A stretch of DNA of 64,000 nucleotides from a virus. The notes beneath the pieces are model-generated. The model had not been told where the DNA came from, made no database searches, and was given only the letters and a program-made list of their open reading frames with translations. This document shows, in pieces, positions 36,375 to 46,886 of this stretch. How positions within the stretch are numbered: position 1 is the stretch's first letter; the number at the start of each line of letters is the position of its first letter. The stretch covers positions 26,565-90,564 of IMG/VR virus record IMGVR_UViG_3300042486_001390; one strand, written 5' to 3'. Made by a program: the position numbers and the translations under genes.

Positions 36375-36598
36375 TAGGAAACCTTACTCAACAAAGGACA
36401 ACTTGTGTCATGAACCGGGCAAAATGGACGATGTTCGAGGTCGGTTCTAAGTTGACCCTTACACCGGTTACAGACTGGATAACCCAGTGCTTTTAGGTTG
36501 TCATAAGTAACTTTATTGGTTCCATTTGTCGGGGGAAGGTTTTTAGTTCCACCTGTCACAGTGGGTAAAGTTTCTTCGAGGGTTTCTTTGCTTGCCAT
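36374..36598 (-). CDS. Small zinc-finger protein (start MASKE)
   Basis: CNRC...CPVH..SCP. Confidence 0.5.
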   Translation of the reverse strand: MASKETLEETLPTVTGGTKNLPPTNGTNKVTYDNLKALGYPVCNRCKGQLRTDLEHRPFCPVHDTSCPLLSKVS

Positions 36599-36618
36599 AA
36601 TTGTTAGAAAGATAGGGT

Positions 36619-38496
36619 TTATACAGCTACATCTAGGGTGCGTAATTCGGCTACTCGTAACTGCTGAGAGGCTTCCCCAGTACCTACGGGATCGACATCT
36701 AAGGTCTTGTAGCCGAGCCACGCTAACCAAGTTGCGCGAATCCGACGATCAAATTGAGTGACATTATCAAAAGTGATTTGAAACGGCATCCCTACACCAA
36801 CACCTAACGCACCGGCTCCAATTAAATAACCAGTACGGGTAGTTTTAGCACCTAAAGAACCGCCCAATGTTTCACTTTGAACACCGGGTTGACCAGCCGC
36901 TCCGACACCGACACTATTGCCAGTTTCAAAAATATGAAATTTTTCTACTAACCCTAAATACGAGCTAACCCTTCCAGTATCTCCAGGGGGAATATAAGAC
37001 GGATTGAGAATATTTAGTAAAGCGTCAAGATCGCGAGTTGTATTTGCTTGCCAATCGTCATCATAACTCTCTTTTAATTGCAGAATTTGAGTCGAATTTA
37101 GGAATAACAAATACGTCTGGTCGGGATACATCTGGAACCTGTTATCGTGGGCATATTGATATAATCGCCGCAAGAATCCTTTGGTAAAAGTTCCATCATC
37201 TCCTGTTGCCGATAGCCCAGCAGGAGAAGTAACAAGACTGCCTTTTTTGTTATACAAATGCAGTGACGTGCTATCAAGCATAGTTTTGATCATGGTATTA
37301 TCAAAACTTGCATAGTCGTAATACAGCGTATTCTGCATCCAATCAATCATTCCCATCGCACTAAAATATTCAGTGAAAGTTGGGATAGAAACAGGTCGGA
37401 TTGCAGTAGAAGCACCTACTTTACCGCGCCCATATTCAAAGATTTCTGCCGATACGCTAGACGCACTATTATTATCTGATTCAGAAGTCAGATCAGCATA
37501 CTCACCCTTTCCTGATAGTTGATAATCGCTTACCGACGGGGAACTTGTTAGGTAATTTAATCGAGGAATTCGGATAACAGTTCCATTACGAGCCGTAAAG
37601 TCTAAGGCATAATTAGGAATCTGCCAAAAGGCAAATCCAGGGATTTGAGTTGTACGGAGAATTGCTGACAAAGTGTCGAGAAAAAATGGGGGAAGATCAG
37701 CCGCAGTCGTTGGGGCATTTTTTGAAACTTGACCGCCCACTACAGGAGCCGAACGAGTCCCTCTGAACCAGCCTTGTTTGCGACCCCAATCATCTAAAGA
37801 GTTGACAATCTGTTGCCGGTTATTTTTAACATGGCGATCTAATCGTACTTTATCGTACAGGTTTACTGTCTGATTACCGCCCATTACAGGAGCCGAATAG
37901 ATTACACCAGAATTTTTCTGAATGTCTTCAATCAAATCAAAGGTTTCGTCAAGCGCACCAGTGATTTTATCGGCATCATGGGCGACGGTTTTGTTGAAGT
38001 TAGGCAACTGCATTTTTTCGGGTGTTTGGCTACCGTAAAGCTTTCCTAAGTCAGCAAAGTTATTAATCGTTTTTTCCGACTCAGTGATTTTAGTTTCTAG
38101 TTGAGCAATTTTTTCATTAGATTTTTGGATAGCTTCCGTGGCAGAATTGAGAGAAGCTTCTAAGGTGGCTTTTGTAGCTTCAAATTGTTGCTTTTGGGAC
38201 TCTAATGCAGATTTTTTGTCTAATTCCATCGCTTGCTTTACCGAAGCTACGGTTTCTGCTACGGTGTTTTGTACAATCTCTTGAATCGCTTTGAGATCAA
38301 GGACTGGGACGGGAGTGGGATCAGGGTCAGAATTTTTGACTGGTACACCACTTCCAGAAGGCTTTAAGTCACCTCGAAAAGTGGCTTTTTGAGTCAAGGC
38401 GTAGATTTCTTCTTGAGAAGGAGTATCACTTCCTTCTACTGAATCTTTAACAACTACGGGAGTAACCCGCTTAATTTCTTTTAGGATACTTTTCAT
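36619..38496 (-). CDS. Major capsid protein with N-terminal scaffold
   Basis: 625 aa; coiled-coil N-terminus; GTVIRIPR; follows the protease gene. Confidence 0.75.
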   Translation of the reverse strand: MKSILKEIKRVTPVVVKDSVEGSDTPSQEEIYALTQKATFRGDLKPSGSGVPVKNSDPDPTPVPVLDLKAIQEIVQNTVAETVASVKQAMELDKKSALESQKQQFEATKATLEASLNSATEAIQKSNEKIAQLETKITESEKTINNFADLGKLYGSQTPEKMQLPNFNKTVAHDADKITGALDETFDLIEDIQKNSGVIYSAPVMGGNQTVNLYDKVRLDRHVKNNRQQIVNSLDDWGRKQGWFRGTRSAPVVGGQVSKNAPTTAADLPPFFLDTLSAILRTTQIPGFAFWQIPNYALDFTARNGTVIRIPRLNYLTSSPSVSDYQLSGKGEYADLTSESDNNSASSVSAEIFEYGRGKVGASTAIRPVSIPTFTEYFSAMGMIDWMQNTLYYDYASFDNTMIKTMLDSTSLHLYNKKGSLVTSPAGLSATGDDGTFTKGFLRRLYQYAHDNRFQMYPDQTYLLFLNSTQILQLKESYDDDWQANTTRDLDALLNILNPSYIPPGDTGRVSSYLGLVEKFHIFETGNSVGVGAAGQPGVQSETLGGSLGAKTTRTGYLIGAGALGVGVGMPFQITFDNVTQFDRRIRATWLAWLGYKTLDVDPVGTGEASQQLRVAELRTLDVAV

Positions 38497-38551
38497 TACT
38501 GATTACTGATCACTAACTATTAGATATAATTGTACTACAGAACTTTCTATT

Positions 38552-39271
38552 TTAGGTAAAAACAAAAGTATTGAGACGGGAATCTATTAATCTTGCCTGA
38601 CGACAATTGCCACTGGTAACAAAACTGCATTCGATAGAATCCATCTTTCCGGAACGGCGATAGTAAGGGGTTAGCGTTTCTTCATCTACTAGCCCTGCCA
38701 TATACGGGGGGTAGTGAGGACATTTAGGGTCACTGTAAGGAATATCGCAGATAGGACAAATCGACTCGCCATAAAAAATTCCCCCCATTGAAACATCGGC
38801 TTTTCTGCCATAGGAAATTTCTGAAATAATCGGGTGAGTCGCTTCTACAAAACCGAAAACCAAGACCTGGTGATAACCGTCTTTTTGAATTATTCGGTAA
38901 TCTTCGCTTGGATTAGGGGATTTTTCGAGGATTCGTGTTATTCCTTCTTTGCTTACGCGAGGTAAGGAATAAATAAAAGAATCATAGATCATCCCAAAAG
39001 TTTTGGTTTGATCTTCCCATTCATGATCGATCATCAAAGCGCACCCAGGGTAACTAGCTACCATAGCTTCTAAAACATTTTTATCCCATACCTGGCCAGA
39101 ACTGTGAATTAAGTTATTTGAGGCAATTAAAGCAAATCGCATCAGTTCCGATGATTCCCACGGATCGAGTCCGTAGGGCTTGAATTGATTGATTAACGAC
39201 ATCTCCTCGTCGGTAGGATGACGGATCTGTAGCAATATCTCTAATTCAGCGCGGGTTAGTTTTAGTTCCAT
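38552..39271 (-). CDS. Prohead protease
   Basis: MIDH, DVSMG, CPIC...CPH, ECSFV. Confidence 0.75.
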   Translation of the reverse strand: MELKLTRAELEILLQIRHPTDEEMSLINQFKPYGLDPWESSELMRFALIASNNLIHSSGQVWDKNVLEAMVASYPGCALMIDHEWEDQTKTFGMIYDSFIYSLPRVSKEGITRILEKSPNPSEDYRIIQKDGYHQVLVFGFVEATHPIISEISYGRKADVSMGGIFYGESICPICDIPYSDPKCPHYPPYMAGLVDEETLTPYYRRSGKMDSIECSFVTSGNCRQARLIDSRLNTFVFT

Positions 39272-39312
39272 GTCAATAAAAAATACTTATATAAATAATT
39301 CTATCTAAAGAC

Positions 39313-39456
39313 TTGACGTTTATGGTTGTTTGATCTATATTAATAGTGTCGTCTCCAACCGAAACCCATAAATATAAAATTTCAATACAAAATATTTGTC
39401 TCCATAGAAAGTGTATAGCCGAGGAAACAGCGCAGGATTGATACCCTGCGTTTTTC
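39313..39456 (+). ncRNA. Putative ~110-nt sRNA (promoter to terminator), antisense to the head operon
   Basis: TTGACG-N17-TATATT at 39313-39341; CGCAGG...CCTGCG-TTTTT at 39431-39455. Confidence 0.55.
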
Positions 39457-40099
39457 ATTTCGTCCAGCCAAAGTTTAACGAGAGCATATTCTGGGTAGGG
39501 CGTGTTCTGGAATTAGAAAAAACAAAATAACAGCCACAATTAGCCCGACAAGTGCATCTCTCAGTCGGTCGGGGGAGTGTTCCAATAGGCTGCCAACCGG
39601 CACTTTCATAAAAAAGACACTCCTGGCAAGATTCTTTTTTGGTAATTATTCTCTTTTCCCACTTGTTGACTAGAGCGTGTCCTCTCCTGTTTCCCTCTTC
39701 AAAAGCTTCCCTCGACTTGGCAACGTACTGTTTAGAGCGGTTGATTATTTGAGCCTCTGATTGAGTACCAAGAATAATATCACGGGAAAACTTTCTCAAT
39801 CGTGCGTATTGTGTTCTAAGCATCTGACCAATTCTGCCATAGTCAGAAGCGTTCATATCAGGCTTGCCAACTCGATAAAGCTGAATAGTTAGGTTTTTAA
39901 TCTCGAAAGACATTTTCTCTTCCCACTCACTAACAGTTATTTTTTTTTCTAAAAGGTCACGGGTAAGTTTATCTGTTTTTTGGATACGGGCATTAATAGT
40001 TTGTTGGGAGATTTGCCTAACTTTTTCAGTAGAGACAAATCTTCCCGTTCTATTGTCTCGATAGCGTCGGGTTGCGGGATTAAAAGAAAAATCACTCAT
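39455..40099 (-). CDS. Head morphogenesis (Mu gpF-like) protein
   Basis: CQEC...GWQPIG...CRANCGC. Confidence 0.7.
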   Translation of the reverse strand: MSDFSFNPATRRYRDNRTGRFVSTEKVRQISQQTINARIQKTDKLTRDLLEKKITVSEWEEKMSFEIKNLTIQLYRVGKPDMNASDYGRIGQMLRTQYARLRKFSRDIILGTQSEAQIINRSKQYVAKSREAFEEGNRRGHALVNKWEKRIITKKESCQECLFYESAGWQPIGTLPRPTERCTCRANCGCYFVFSNSRTRPTQNMLSLNFGWTK

Positions 40100-40263
40100 A
40101 ACTTATTTCAGGTTCTAATAGGTTTTTAAATTCATCATCCGGAGGTTTCTTTTTCCAGTCATCGATAGCTTTTTGAATGTCATCGGCTGTTACTTCCGCT
40201 CTCTCTAGTAATCGACCAATTGGCTGTAAGTTTTTATCTTCTGGGTTAAATTTATCTGTCATA

Positions 40264-40488
40264 TTATTTATCTCCTAATCCGTCATAAACTAATTCTTGG
40301 GTTTTTTCTGATTTATTGAGTTTAGCTTTTAGGTTACGGTTTTTAATTTCTAACATTTTTACCTTTAATTTTAATGTTTCATAATCAAACATCAGGTTAT
40401 CGTATGAGTTGGTTAATTCGGCGTATTCGGCTCTCAAGTCTTCTATACTCAAATCTTCGATAATAGCGTCAAAGTTATTGTTATTCAT
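40264..40488 (-). CDS. Hypothetical coiled-coil protein
   Basis: 74 aa with heptads. Confidence 0.5.
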   Translation of the reverse strand: MNNNNFDAIIEDLSIEDLRAEYAELTNSYDNLMFDYETLKLKVKMLEIKNRNLKAKLNKSEKTQELVYDGLGDK

Positions 40489-40749
40489 GAATTTTCTCTT
40501 TAAATTAAATAATAACTCTTGACGGTCAAGAGTTATTTCTTGTCAGTTCCCTAATCCACTTACGCTTCTGTTTCTGCTTTGTTAAGTTCGCCGATCTAAG
40601 CTTTTAGCTTAGACACCTCATCTTTTAAAGCTTCAATAACCTCCAATCCGGTCATATTGGCGACTAGAACATTATCATTAGAATCGGAAACAACATAAGC
40701 TTTTAGATTTGTCATAATTACCTCTTGGCTTTACTGTATTTTATCAAAT

Positions 40750-42159
40750 TTAAAACAGTTTTAACTGTAATGGAGAATTATCTATTATTTCCTCTATCGG
40801 TTCATCTGGAATAGGTTCTATAGGTTGGTCTAATCTATTACAGGCTATCTGATAATATTCTAGTTCTTTCTCGATACAGATATAATTTCTACCAAGTTCT
40901 TTACAGGCTAATGCAGTAGTGCCAGAACCACAAAAAGGGTCGAGGACTATCCCACCCGGCGGTAATCCTAATGTGATCAGATATTTCATTAATGCTAGTG
41001 GTTTTACCGTAGGATGAGTATTACCTTCACCGCGTTCGGATTTACTAGCCTTAGCGCAGTAGAAAAAGCGGGCAGCAGAGCCTGAGTCACCGTATGTTTC
41101 AGCGATATGGTCTGTCTTGCTTCCGAAGAGAGGCTTGCTGGTTCGTATCTGTCCCTCTTTCATCTTTCCGCTTTTTGTCTCAGGAAACAACTCCACCACC
41201 TCCTTGCTGCCGTCGTGGATCAGGTTGGCAGGCCAGCGGCCTTGTGTAGTTATTTTACCCGTTCGATTACTGCCACCAGTGTCGTAACTTGATCTGTTTC
41301 TATCACGTTCAACACCATTGATGAAAACTGGCTTACCTTCACACTCCACACGACACCCATCGATATTAATCCCCCCAGTTCCCCACTGTAGGACATTTTC
41401 AGCAACCGTGCCAGTGAGAGGTTTACGAGCCACAATGATTGGTTCAAAGGCTGGTTTTAGAGCAGTCCCCCAGCCTTGCCATTGTTTTGCTTCGGGTGTG
41501 GCGGGGGCGGTAATGACTAGGTTTTGGCGTTGGCCGGTGTAAGTGTTCGGGAGCGGGACTCCGACTTGGTGCGACCAAGCAGATTGCCCCACCACCTCGC
41601 GCTTGGCTTCGATTCGCTGCACTAGCTCATCAACCCATGCTGGAACCTCGCCACAGTGCGGCCGAACCAGATCCCACAGGGCATCAGTGGGGATCGCAGG
41701 TTGGCTGGCCGCTGTCAAATAATGGCTGCCCATGTTGGTATCGGTAATCTGATCAAGCTGCCGCGCAGTAAGCCCCGTAGTCCTCATCCAGGCCGTGAAC
41801 TTGTGTAGTCGGCTCGTTTCGCCGTTGCACTTATCAATTGCCTTGCTCACATCCAGCGACTTAGGGAACCCCGACCCATAGACCCACATAATGGTATCTC
41901 TGATTTCCCAACCAGCGTCCTCGATTGCTACTGCCAATCGGTGAAAAGTACGAGTCCCACCAAAAGCAAATAGGTGCGCTCCTGGTTTAGCGACTCGTAA
42001 AGCTTCAATCCAAAACTGTACACCAGGTACATCATGATCCCAATTTTTCCCCATGAACGAAAGTCCATAAGGAGGATCGGTTAGGATTAAATCAATAGAA
42101 CCATCAGGAATAGTTTTTAAAACCTCAAGACAATCACCGTGAATAATTTGATTAATCAT
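40750..42159 (-). CDS. DNA methyltransferase (N4/N6, beta class) with internal insertion
   Basis: DPPY near the N-terminus, HPTVKP, LDPFCGSGTT. Confidence 0.92.
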   Translation of the reverse strand: MINQIIHGDCLEVLKTIPDGSIDLILTDPPYGLSFMGKNWDHDVPGVQFWIEALRVAKPGAHLFAFGGTRTFHRLAVAIEDAGWEIRDTIMWVYGSGFPKSLDVSKAIDKCNGETSRLHKFTAWMRTTGLTARQLDQITDTNMGSHYLTAASQPAIPTDALWDLVRPHCGEVPAWVDELVQRIEAKREVVGQSAWSHQVGVPLPNTYTGQRQNLVITAPATPEAKQWQGWGTALKPAFEPIIVARKPLTGTVAENVLQWGTGGINIDGCRVECEGKPVFINGVERDRNRSSYDTGGSNRTGKITTQGRWPANLIHDGSKEVVELFPETKSGKMKEGQIRTSKPLFGSKTDHIAETYGDSGSAARFFYCAKASKSERGEGNTHPTVKPLALMKYLITLGLPPGGIVLDPFCGSGTTALACKELGRNYICIEKELEYYQIACNRLDQPIEPIPDEPIEEIIDNSPLQLKLF

Positions 42160-43426
42160 TTTGATTTATATTTAGTTTCTTAACAGGTTGTTTATTAGTT
42201 TCTTCATCGGTTAAATCAGAGCCAGTGTCTTCAACCTCCCCTCCTGATAGACCATCTATAGACTCACTCCATTCTGGCCACAGTATCCGATATTTATTTC
42301 TAGCATTTTCGGTATAAAAATCTAATCCTTTTCTGAGAATGATTTCTGTGTCAATTACCTGTTTAATAGCACCACTAAGAAGCTGACACCATTCTAATCT
42401 CATCCTAGAATAGCGACGATCAGGCGACCGGGATAACTCTTTAGTTCCCCCTTTTGATTCTAATCCTGGGAAGAAATAGGTCGGGAATCCAGGGATAATT
42501 AGCTTGTACCGGCATTGTAAAAGAGTATCAATTAATCCTGTTAAATCAGAGTTAAAATTAGTCATTTTGCGAATATCTTGCCCAGGATAGCTGAGAATAT
42601 GATCGGTTATAATGCCACTTTTTCTACGGATTTCTAATTCTCGCTCATAAATTCTTTCTTGCTCGGTAGAAATACCTGGCATAATATGAAGAGTCGGAGA
42701 AACTCCTAAGTCATTGGATGCCCTAATCAAATTATCGAAAGCCTGTTTAACATCAGCCCAAGCATCTAAAGAAGCTAACCAAAGAGAGCGACCATAAAGA
42801 AAATCAGGTTCATGGCGAATATGGCAGATTTTATAGGGTTCAAAAAAATAATCAGGGTCAGACTCCGAAACGTATTTTCTTTGCTCAAATCCTATTAATT
42901 CCCCTTGATCTGTTTCTTTTCTAAACATCTCAAAGGTAGGTAAATAAAGAGTCTTTGCTACACCAAAATCTTTAGACTTGTTGGCAGATAGCCCTTCTCG
43001 TTCAATGCCTAACTCTAGAAAACATTCTCCCTTCCCCAATGCCCATCTTAACGCTTTCTTGAGTCTATCCCCACCAATCATGTAGGTTGAAAAATTCTGC
43101 CTTCTTAACCTAATATCTTCTGCAATGGCAAACACTTCTGGGCTAATAGGAGTTTCTTCATCATCAAGGGTTTTGGCTACTACCCATCCCTGATCGTCTC
43201 CATCGTCAGATGCAAAGGTATCAGAAGCGGCCATGTTTAAGGCGTGAATTACCTCGTAACACCATTGATTAAGTTCGATTAATTCTCTTGATATTCTCGG
43301 ATCACGGATAGGATTTTCCGTAATCTCCAAATCGTAGCGACGTGATACTGACACGATCCCTGGTGAGGTAAGGGATCGCTGAGAACCTCTTAATGTTTGA
43401 TCATCCTTTTTCTTCTTTTTTGCCAT
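42152..43426 (-). CDS. Portal protein
   Basis: 424 aa; GECFLE...ICHIR...LYGRSL; upstream of head genes. Confidence 0.7.
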   Translation of the reverse strand: MAKKKKKDDQTLRGSQRSLTSPGIVSVSRRYDLEITENPIRDPRISRELIELNQWCYEVIHALNMAASDTFASDDGDDQGWVVAKTLDDEETPISPEVFAIAEDIRLRRQNFSTYMIGGDRLKKALRWALGKGECFLELGIEREGLSANKSKDFGVAKTLYLPTFEMFRKETDQGELIGFEQRKYVSESDPDYFFEPYKICHIRHEPDFLYGRSLWLASLDAWADVKQAFDNLIRASNDLGVSPTLHIMPGISTEQERIYERELEIRRKSGIITDHILSYPGQDIRKMTNFNSDLTGLIDTLLQCRYKLIIPGFPTYFFPGLESKGGTKELSRSPDRRYSRMRLEWCQLLSGAIKQVIDTEIILRKGLDFYTENARNKYRILWPEWSESIDGLSGGEVEDTGSDLTDEETNKQPVKKLNINQND

Positions 43427-43517
43427 TGGAACTGCCGTGTACTATTTCTATGATATAAGAAAAACAGACCATTTTGTTGATGGCCTGCCTTAAATCACCC
43501 AAGGAGAAATCTAAATA

Positions 43518-43784
43518 TTAAAAAAATCTATCAAATGTCCCATCGCTTCGCAAAACGCTTCTTTCGTCAATGTCATCACTGGAAAAAAATAAATCAGTAG
43601 TTAACGCTTCCATTAAAGCCTTAGCCGCAACATTAGATATTGTGATTCCCACTTTTGAAGTCACATCCATTATACAGTAATTCTCTAGGAGACAGTAAGT
43701 AATTGTAATAATCTCGTAACAGTTAACAAATTCTGGATGACCTTCTACTGTCTCTAGTATTAACGGACGAAATTCTTTTCTCAT
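43518..43784 (-). CDS. Hypothetical protein
   Basis: 88 aa, AGAGG RBS. Confidence 0.5.
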   Translation of the reverse strand: MRKEFRPLILETVEGHPEFVNCYEIITITYCLLENYCIMDVTSKVGITISNVAAKALMEALTTDLFFSSDDIDERSVLRSDGTFDRFF

Positions 43785-43839
43785 GACAACCTCTGGCTTT
43801 AACTAAATATTACAGGTTACTTTTTGAATTGTCAAGATT

Positions 43840-44598
43840 CTAGATAAATTTTAAAGCCCTCTCATAATATCGTTTTCTTTCGGCTAGTCCATTTGTACCA
43901 CCGTTGACACGACGGGTAATTTGTTCAACGGTTGCCCCACGGTCACACAGTTCGTTCATTTTGTTATTTTGCCACCAAAACCCAGAAGGTAAAAACAAAT
44001 ATCTTTCGCTAACATATCGCCACCCTTCCATAATACGCTGATCGCCTATATAGTTAGCAAATGCCTGATAATTGGACCTGCCGGTCATTTGGAGAGCATC
44101 TACACCTCTGAACTTTTTGCCGTCACCAGGTCTGGTATTCCCTAAGTCTTTTCGTCCTTCATAATTTGAGCCGTCGTGGATTTCTACCAGGTAACGTAAT
44201 CCTGCTGATTCATGAGCTATTTGGCTTAAAAAATGTCGAACTCTTTGCACTGTGGTAATGTCAAATCTCTTAAGGCACTCATCTAATTTTTGAAACTGAA
44301 AATCAGTAATTTTATCGTTAAGCCTGTCAAACACACCCTCAACTTGATCCTTGCGGACTATAGAGGGATTAGGGTCGTCAAAGTGACCAACAAAAGCGTA
44401 CCAATTAAATTTACCCTCAATCGGGGGCTTTACTTCTAGCAAATAGTGATTTTTTTCTCTTTTGATAATCTGATTATAAATCACTCTTTGTCCGGCTTTG
44501 ATTGGGATTGTTCTAAAGTCTTGGGGAAGACTTTCAGAACTAGAGTCAATTAAGTGCGATTTTAAAATAGTGTTGCGATTTGCTGTTAGGGATTTCAT
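43840..44598 (-). CDS. Endolysin, glycoside hydrolase family 19
   Basis: FLSQIAHES, YEGRKDLGN, QMTGRSNY, ITRRVNGGTNGLAER. Confidence 0.92.
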   Translation of the reverse strand: MKSLTANRNTILKSHLIDSSSESLPQDFRTIPIKAGQRVIYNQIIKREKNHYLLEVKPPIEGKFNWYAFVGHFDDPNPSIVRKDQVEGVFDRLNDKITDFQFQKLDECLKRFDITTVQRVRHFLSQIAHESAGLRYLVEIHDGSNYEGRKDLGNTRPGDGKKFRGVDALQMTGRSNYQAFANYIGDQRIMEGWRYVSERYLFLPSGFWWQNNKMNELCDRGATVEQITRRVNGGTNGLAERKRYYERALKFI

Positions 44599-44634
44599 GA
44601 TAGTTTATTCAACAAGATTAATAATTTTATCAAC

Positions 44635-45072
44635 TTAAGATTTAGTCTTAAGTTGCTGTTCGATTAAAGTAAGACGATGATCTATATCTTCCTGTTTAGC
44701 TCTCATTGTCTCAATTTGCCTTTGATTATTTGATAAAGATTTTTGTTCATTTTCTATAATCGCCAATCTTATAGATAAATCTAAAGTCAATTTATCCAAT
44801 CGATCCATGCTTGTGGAGATTTTATCAACGACTTTATCAACCATTTTTTCGATTCTTACTTCTAGCGTCTCCATTTGAGCAGCCGTGTGTTTTATTGTGT
44901 TATTATCCAACTCTTGTGCTTCTGATTTTGATTTTAAAGCAAGATATACTACAAAAATCCCCCCGACTGAAATAAGGATGCTAAGTATAGAGCTAATATC
45001 AGAAAACGTTAGTCGTGCTGGTTGCGGTTCGTTATAAGGTGCTGGTGTAGAAACAATAAAAAAGTAGTTCAT
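44635..45072 (-). CDS. Membrane-anchored coiled-coil protein (holin/lysis-associated?)
   Basis: One TM helix plus heptads, adjacent to the endolysin. Confidence 0.5.
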   Translation of the reverse strand: MNYFFIVSTPAPYNEPQPARLTFSDISSILSILISVGGIFVVYLALKSKSEAQELDNNTIKHTAAQMETLEVRIEKMVDKVVDKISTSMDRLDKLTLDLSIRLAIIENEQKSLSNNQRQIETMRAKQEDIDHRLTLIEQQLKTKS

Positions 45073-45141
45073 GGTAAACTGAATTTATTTTATATTTTAT
45101 ACTGTAAATATTTTTTTGATGATTAATTTTTTTAGAAAAAC

Positions 45142-46872
45142 TTAGCTTTGCTTTGGAGAGCTTAACAAAAAGTCATTTCCAGGCATAAAGTTGCCAAAAC
45201 TGGGGATATTTCCAAAATTTATAGCATTATTCCAAGTGTTTTTGCAAGTATTGTAAGTTTTGTCACAGCCAGCAGTAAGGATTACGCCGTCGTGGGTAGC
45301 TACGGGGCCAGGTGCTTCAGTAAATAACTGAATTTGAGTTTTACCTCCAAATATTGGAACAGTTCGGTAAATTGCGTAAGTAGCTGATTTATTTGCTCCG
45401 TCTGTAAATGTACATTTTCCCCAAGCGAGATTTTGGTATTCTCCCCACACCTCAAATTCCCTCCGACTAGCAACATTAGCTACTTGAGTTTCGTAAAATG
45501 GTACTTGTTTACGGCATCCTGAGTTATCACCGTTATCCTGTCCAAAAGCCCATTGGCAAAAAGGTGATGTTTTTTCATCTCTACTTTGCCTTAAATTAAT
45601 ACTAGAGCCAGTAAGATTTTCAAGTGTATAGCTTTCGCTACCAAGTGATTTAATTTCTCCCACATAACCTATTTGTATTTGCTCGTCTGGAATATCTAAA
45701 AGTGAATTAGGTAGGTTTCTCCAATCAACAACTGCTGTGATAATTCGAGCTTCTCTAAATCTATCAGAAAAAAGTAAATTTTCGTCAATATTATCACTAA
45801 AAGCACCTCTATATTCCTGATTATCCGATTGTATTCCTAATTGCTTTTCTATTGCAGTCGGATCAAGAGCTTGCTTTGCCCGAAATACTACCCCACCAAT
45901 TGTTAAGTCTTGGGAAAAATTTGTATAACCAAGCTTTTCTCCGTTTGTAAGTTCAATTAAAACGCAATAACACAGCGTTAAAACAGGATTTGCAAAAGAA
46001 TCTTCTAACCCTGAATCTTGTTGTATTCCCTCAGTAAATCTCCTTATCTGTAATTCTCCAAGTGAATAAATCTGTAAAGAGGATTGGTTCTGGTAGCTCA
46101 AAGAGACAGAGTTGAATCGGGACAAAATTGATAAATCGTTAACTAAATCAGGATAACGAAATGTCGCTCCTGAACCTTTGGCGCACAACCACAAGGCAAT
46201 CAAATAATCAATATCTTTTTGAGATAAAGTTCTTCTTTGCTGTAAAGAGCTAATGTCAGAGGGAATATTTCTCCGAGAAAATCTTTTTCTTTCTCCACTA
46301 GATAAGCTAATAATATTTGTCTCAAATTTAGGAGAAATTGTACACCTTTTAGTCAAATTTAAATTAAAATCGTGATTTAAGTCTGAAGAAAAAACATCGC
46401 TAGGTAGCAATGCAATTTCAGGCTCAATTCTTGATTCTCGTAAAATTAATTTTGGGATAGAAAAAATAGTGTTATCTCTATTTTTTGTAATAGGTTGATA
46501 ATCTAGTTTGTCTTCTTCAAAATGACACAATACTTTAAAAGTGCCTTCCCAAGTTAACTTGGGGCTACTAAGAGGTGGATTGTTGAAAACTATTTTACCA
46601 GGAGCTACTATATATTCCGACGGTGGTATTTCTGTAGTTCCTTGATAGATTTTTAGGCTGTCAATATCTGGATAAAGAATAGGTCTGTGATGAACGTTGT
46701 CGCCGCAGGAATATTTTTTAATCAAAATAAATTCTGTTTTTACCCCATCGTGTTCTGGGCTAAATATTCCTTCTGTATAGAATTCGGTAGCAAGAGCATT
46801 TCTACTAAACTCTGAATTATCTATATCGAAACGACAATAAACAAAATTACCATTTGGGATAAAAGAAGTCAT
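45142..46872 (-). CDS. Tail-tip protein: DUF2460 C-half + DUF2460-like repeat + DUF2163/BR0599 hub
   Basis: DGVKTEFILIKKY; SGERKRF; LGYTN; CQW...C; AGCDKTYNTC...NFGNIP. Confidence 0.8.
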   Translation of the reverse strand: MTSFIPNGNFVYCRFDIDNSEFSRNALATEFYTEGIFSPEHDGVKTEFILIKKYSCGDNVHHRPILYPDIDSLKIYQGTTEIPPSEYIVAPGKIVFNNPPLSSPKLTWEGTFKVLCHFEEDKLDYQPITKNRDNTIFSIPKLILRESRIEPEIALLPSDVFSSDLNHDFNLNLTKRCTISPKFETNIISLSSGERKRFSRRNIPSDISSLQQRRTLSQKDIDYLIALWLCAKGSGATFRYPDLVNDLSILSRFNSVSLSYQNQSSLQIYSLGELQIRRFTEGIQQDSGLEDSFANPVLTLCYCVLIELTNGEKLGYTNFSQDLTIGGVVFRAKQALDPTAIEKQLGIQSDNQEYRGAFSDNIDENLLFSDRFREARIITAVVDWRNLPNSLLDIPDEQIQIGYVGEIKSLGSESYTLENLTGSSINLRQSRDEKTSPFCQWAFGQDNGDNSGCRKQVPFYETQVANVASRREFEVWGEYQNLAWGKCTFTDGANKSATYAIYRTVPIFGGKTQIQLFTEAPGPVATHDGVILTAGCDKTYNTCKNTWNNAINFGNIPSFGNFMPGNDFLLSSPKQS

Positions 46873-46886
46873 GTTAAAATCGCTGT

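Noticed and set aside
40560-40716. In-frame TAG in a small ORF as stop-codon reassignment
   Set aside because: Many other genes end normally at TAG; more likely a nonsense mutation or two tiny ORFs.
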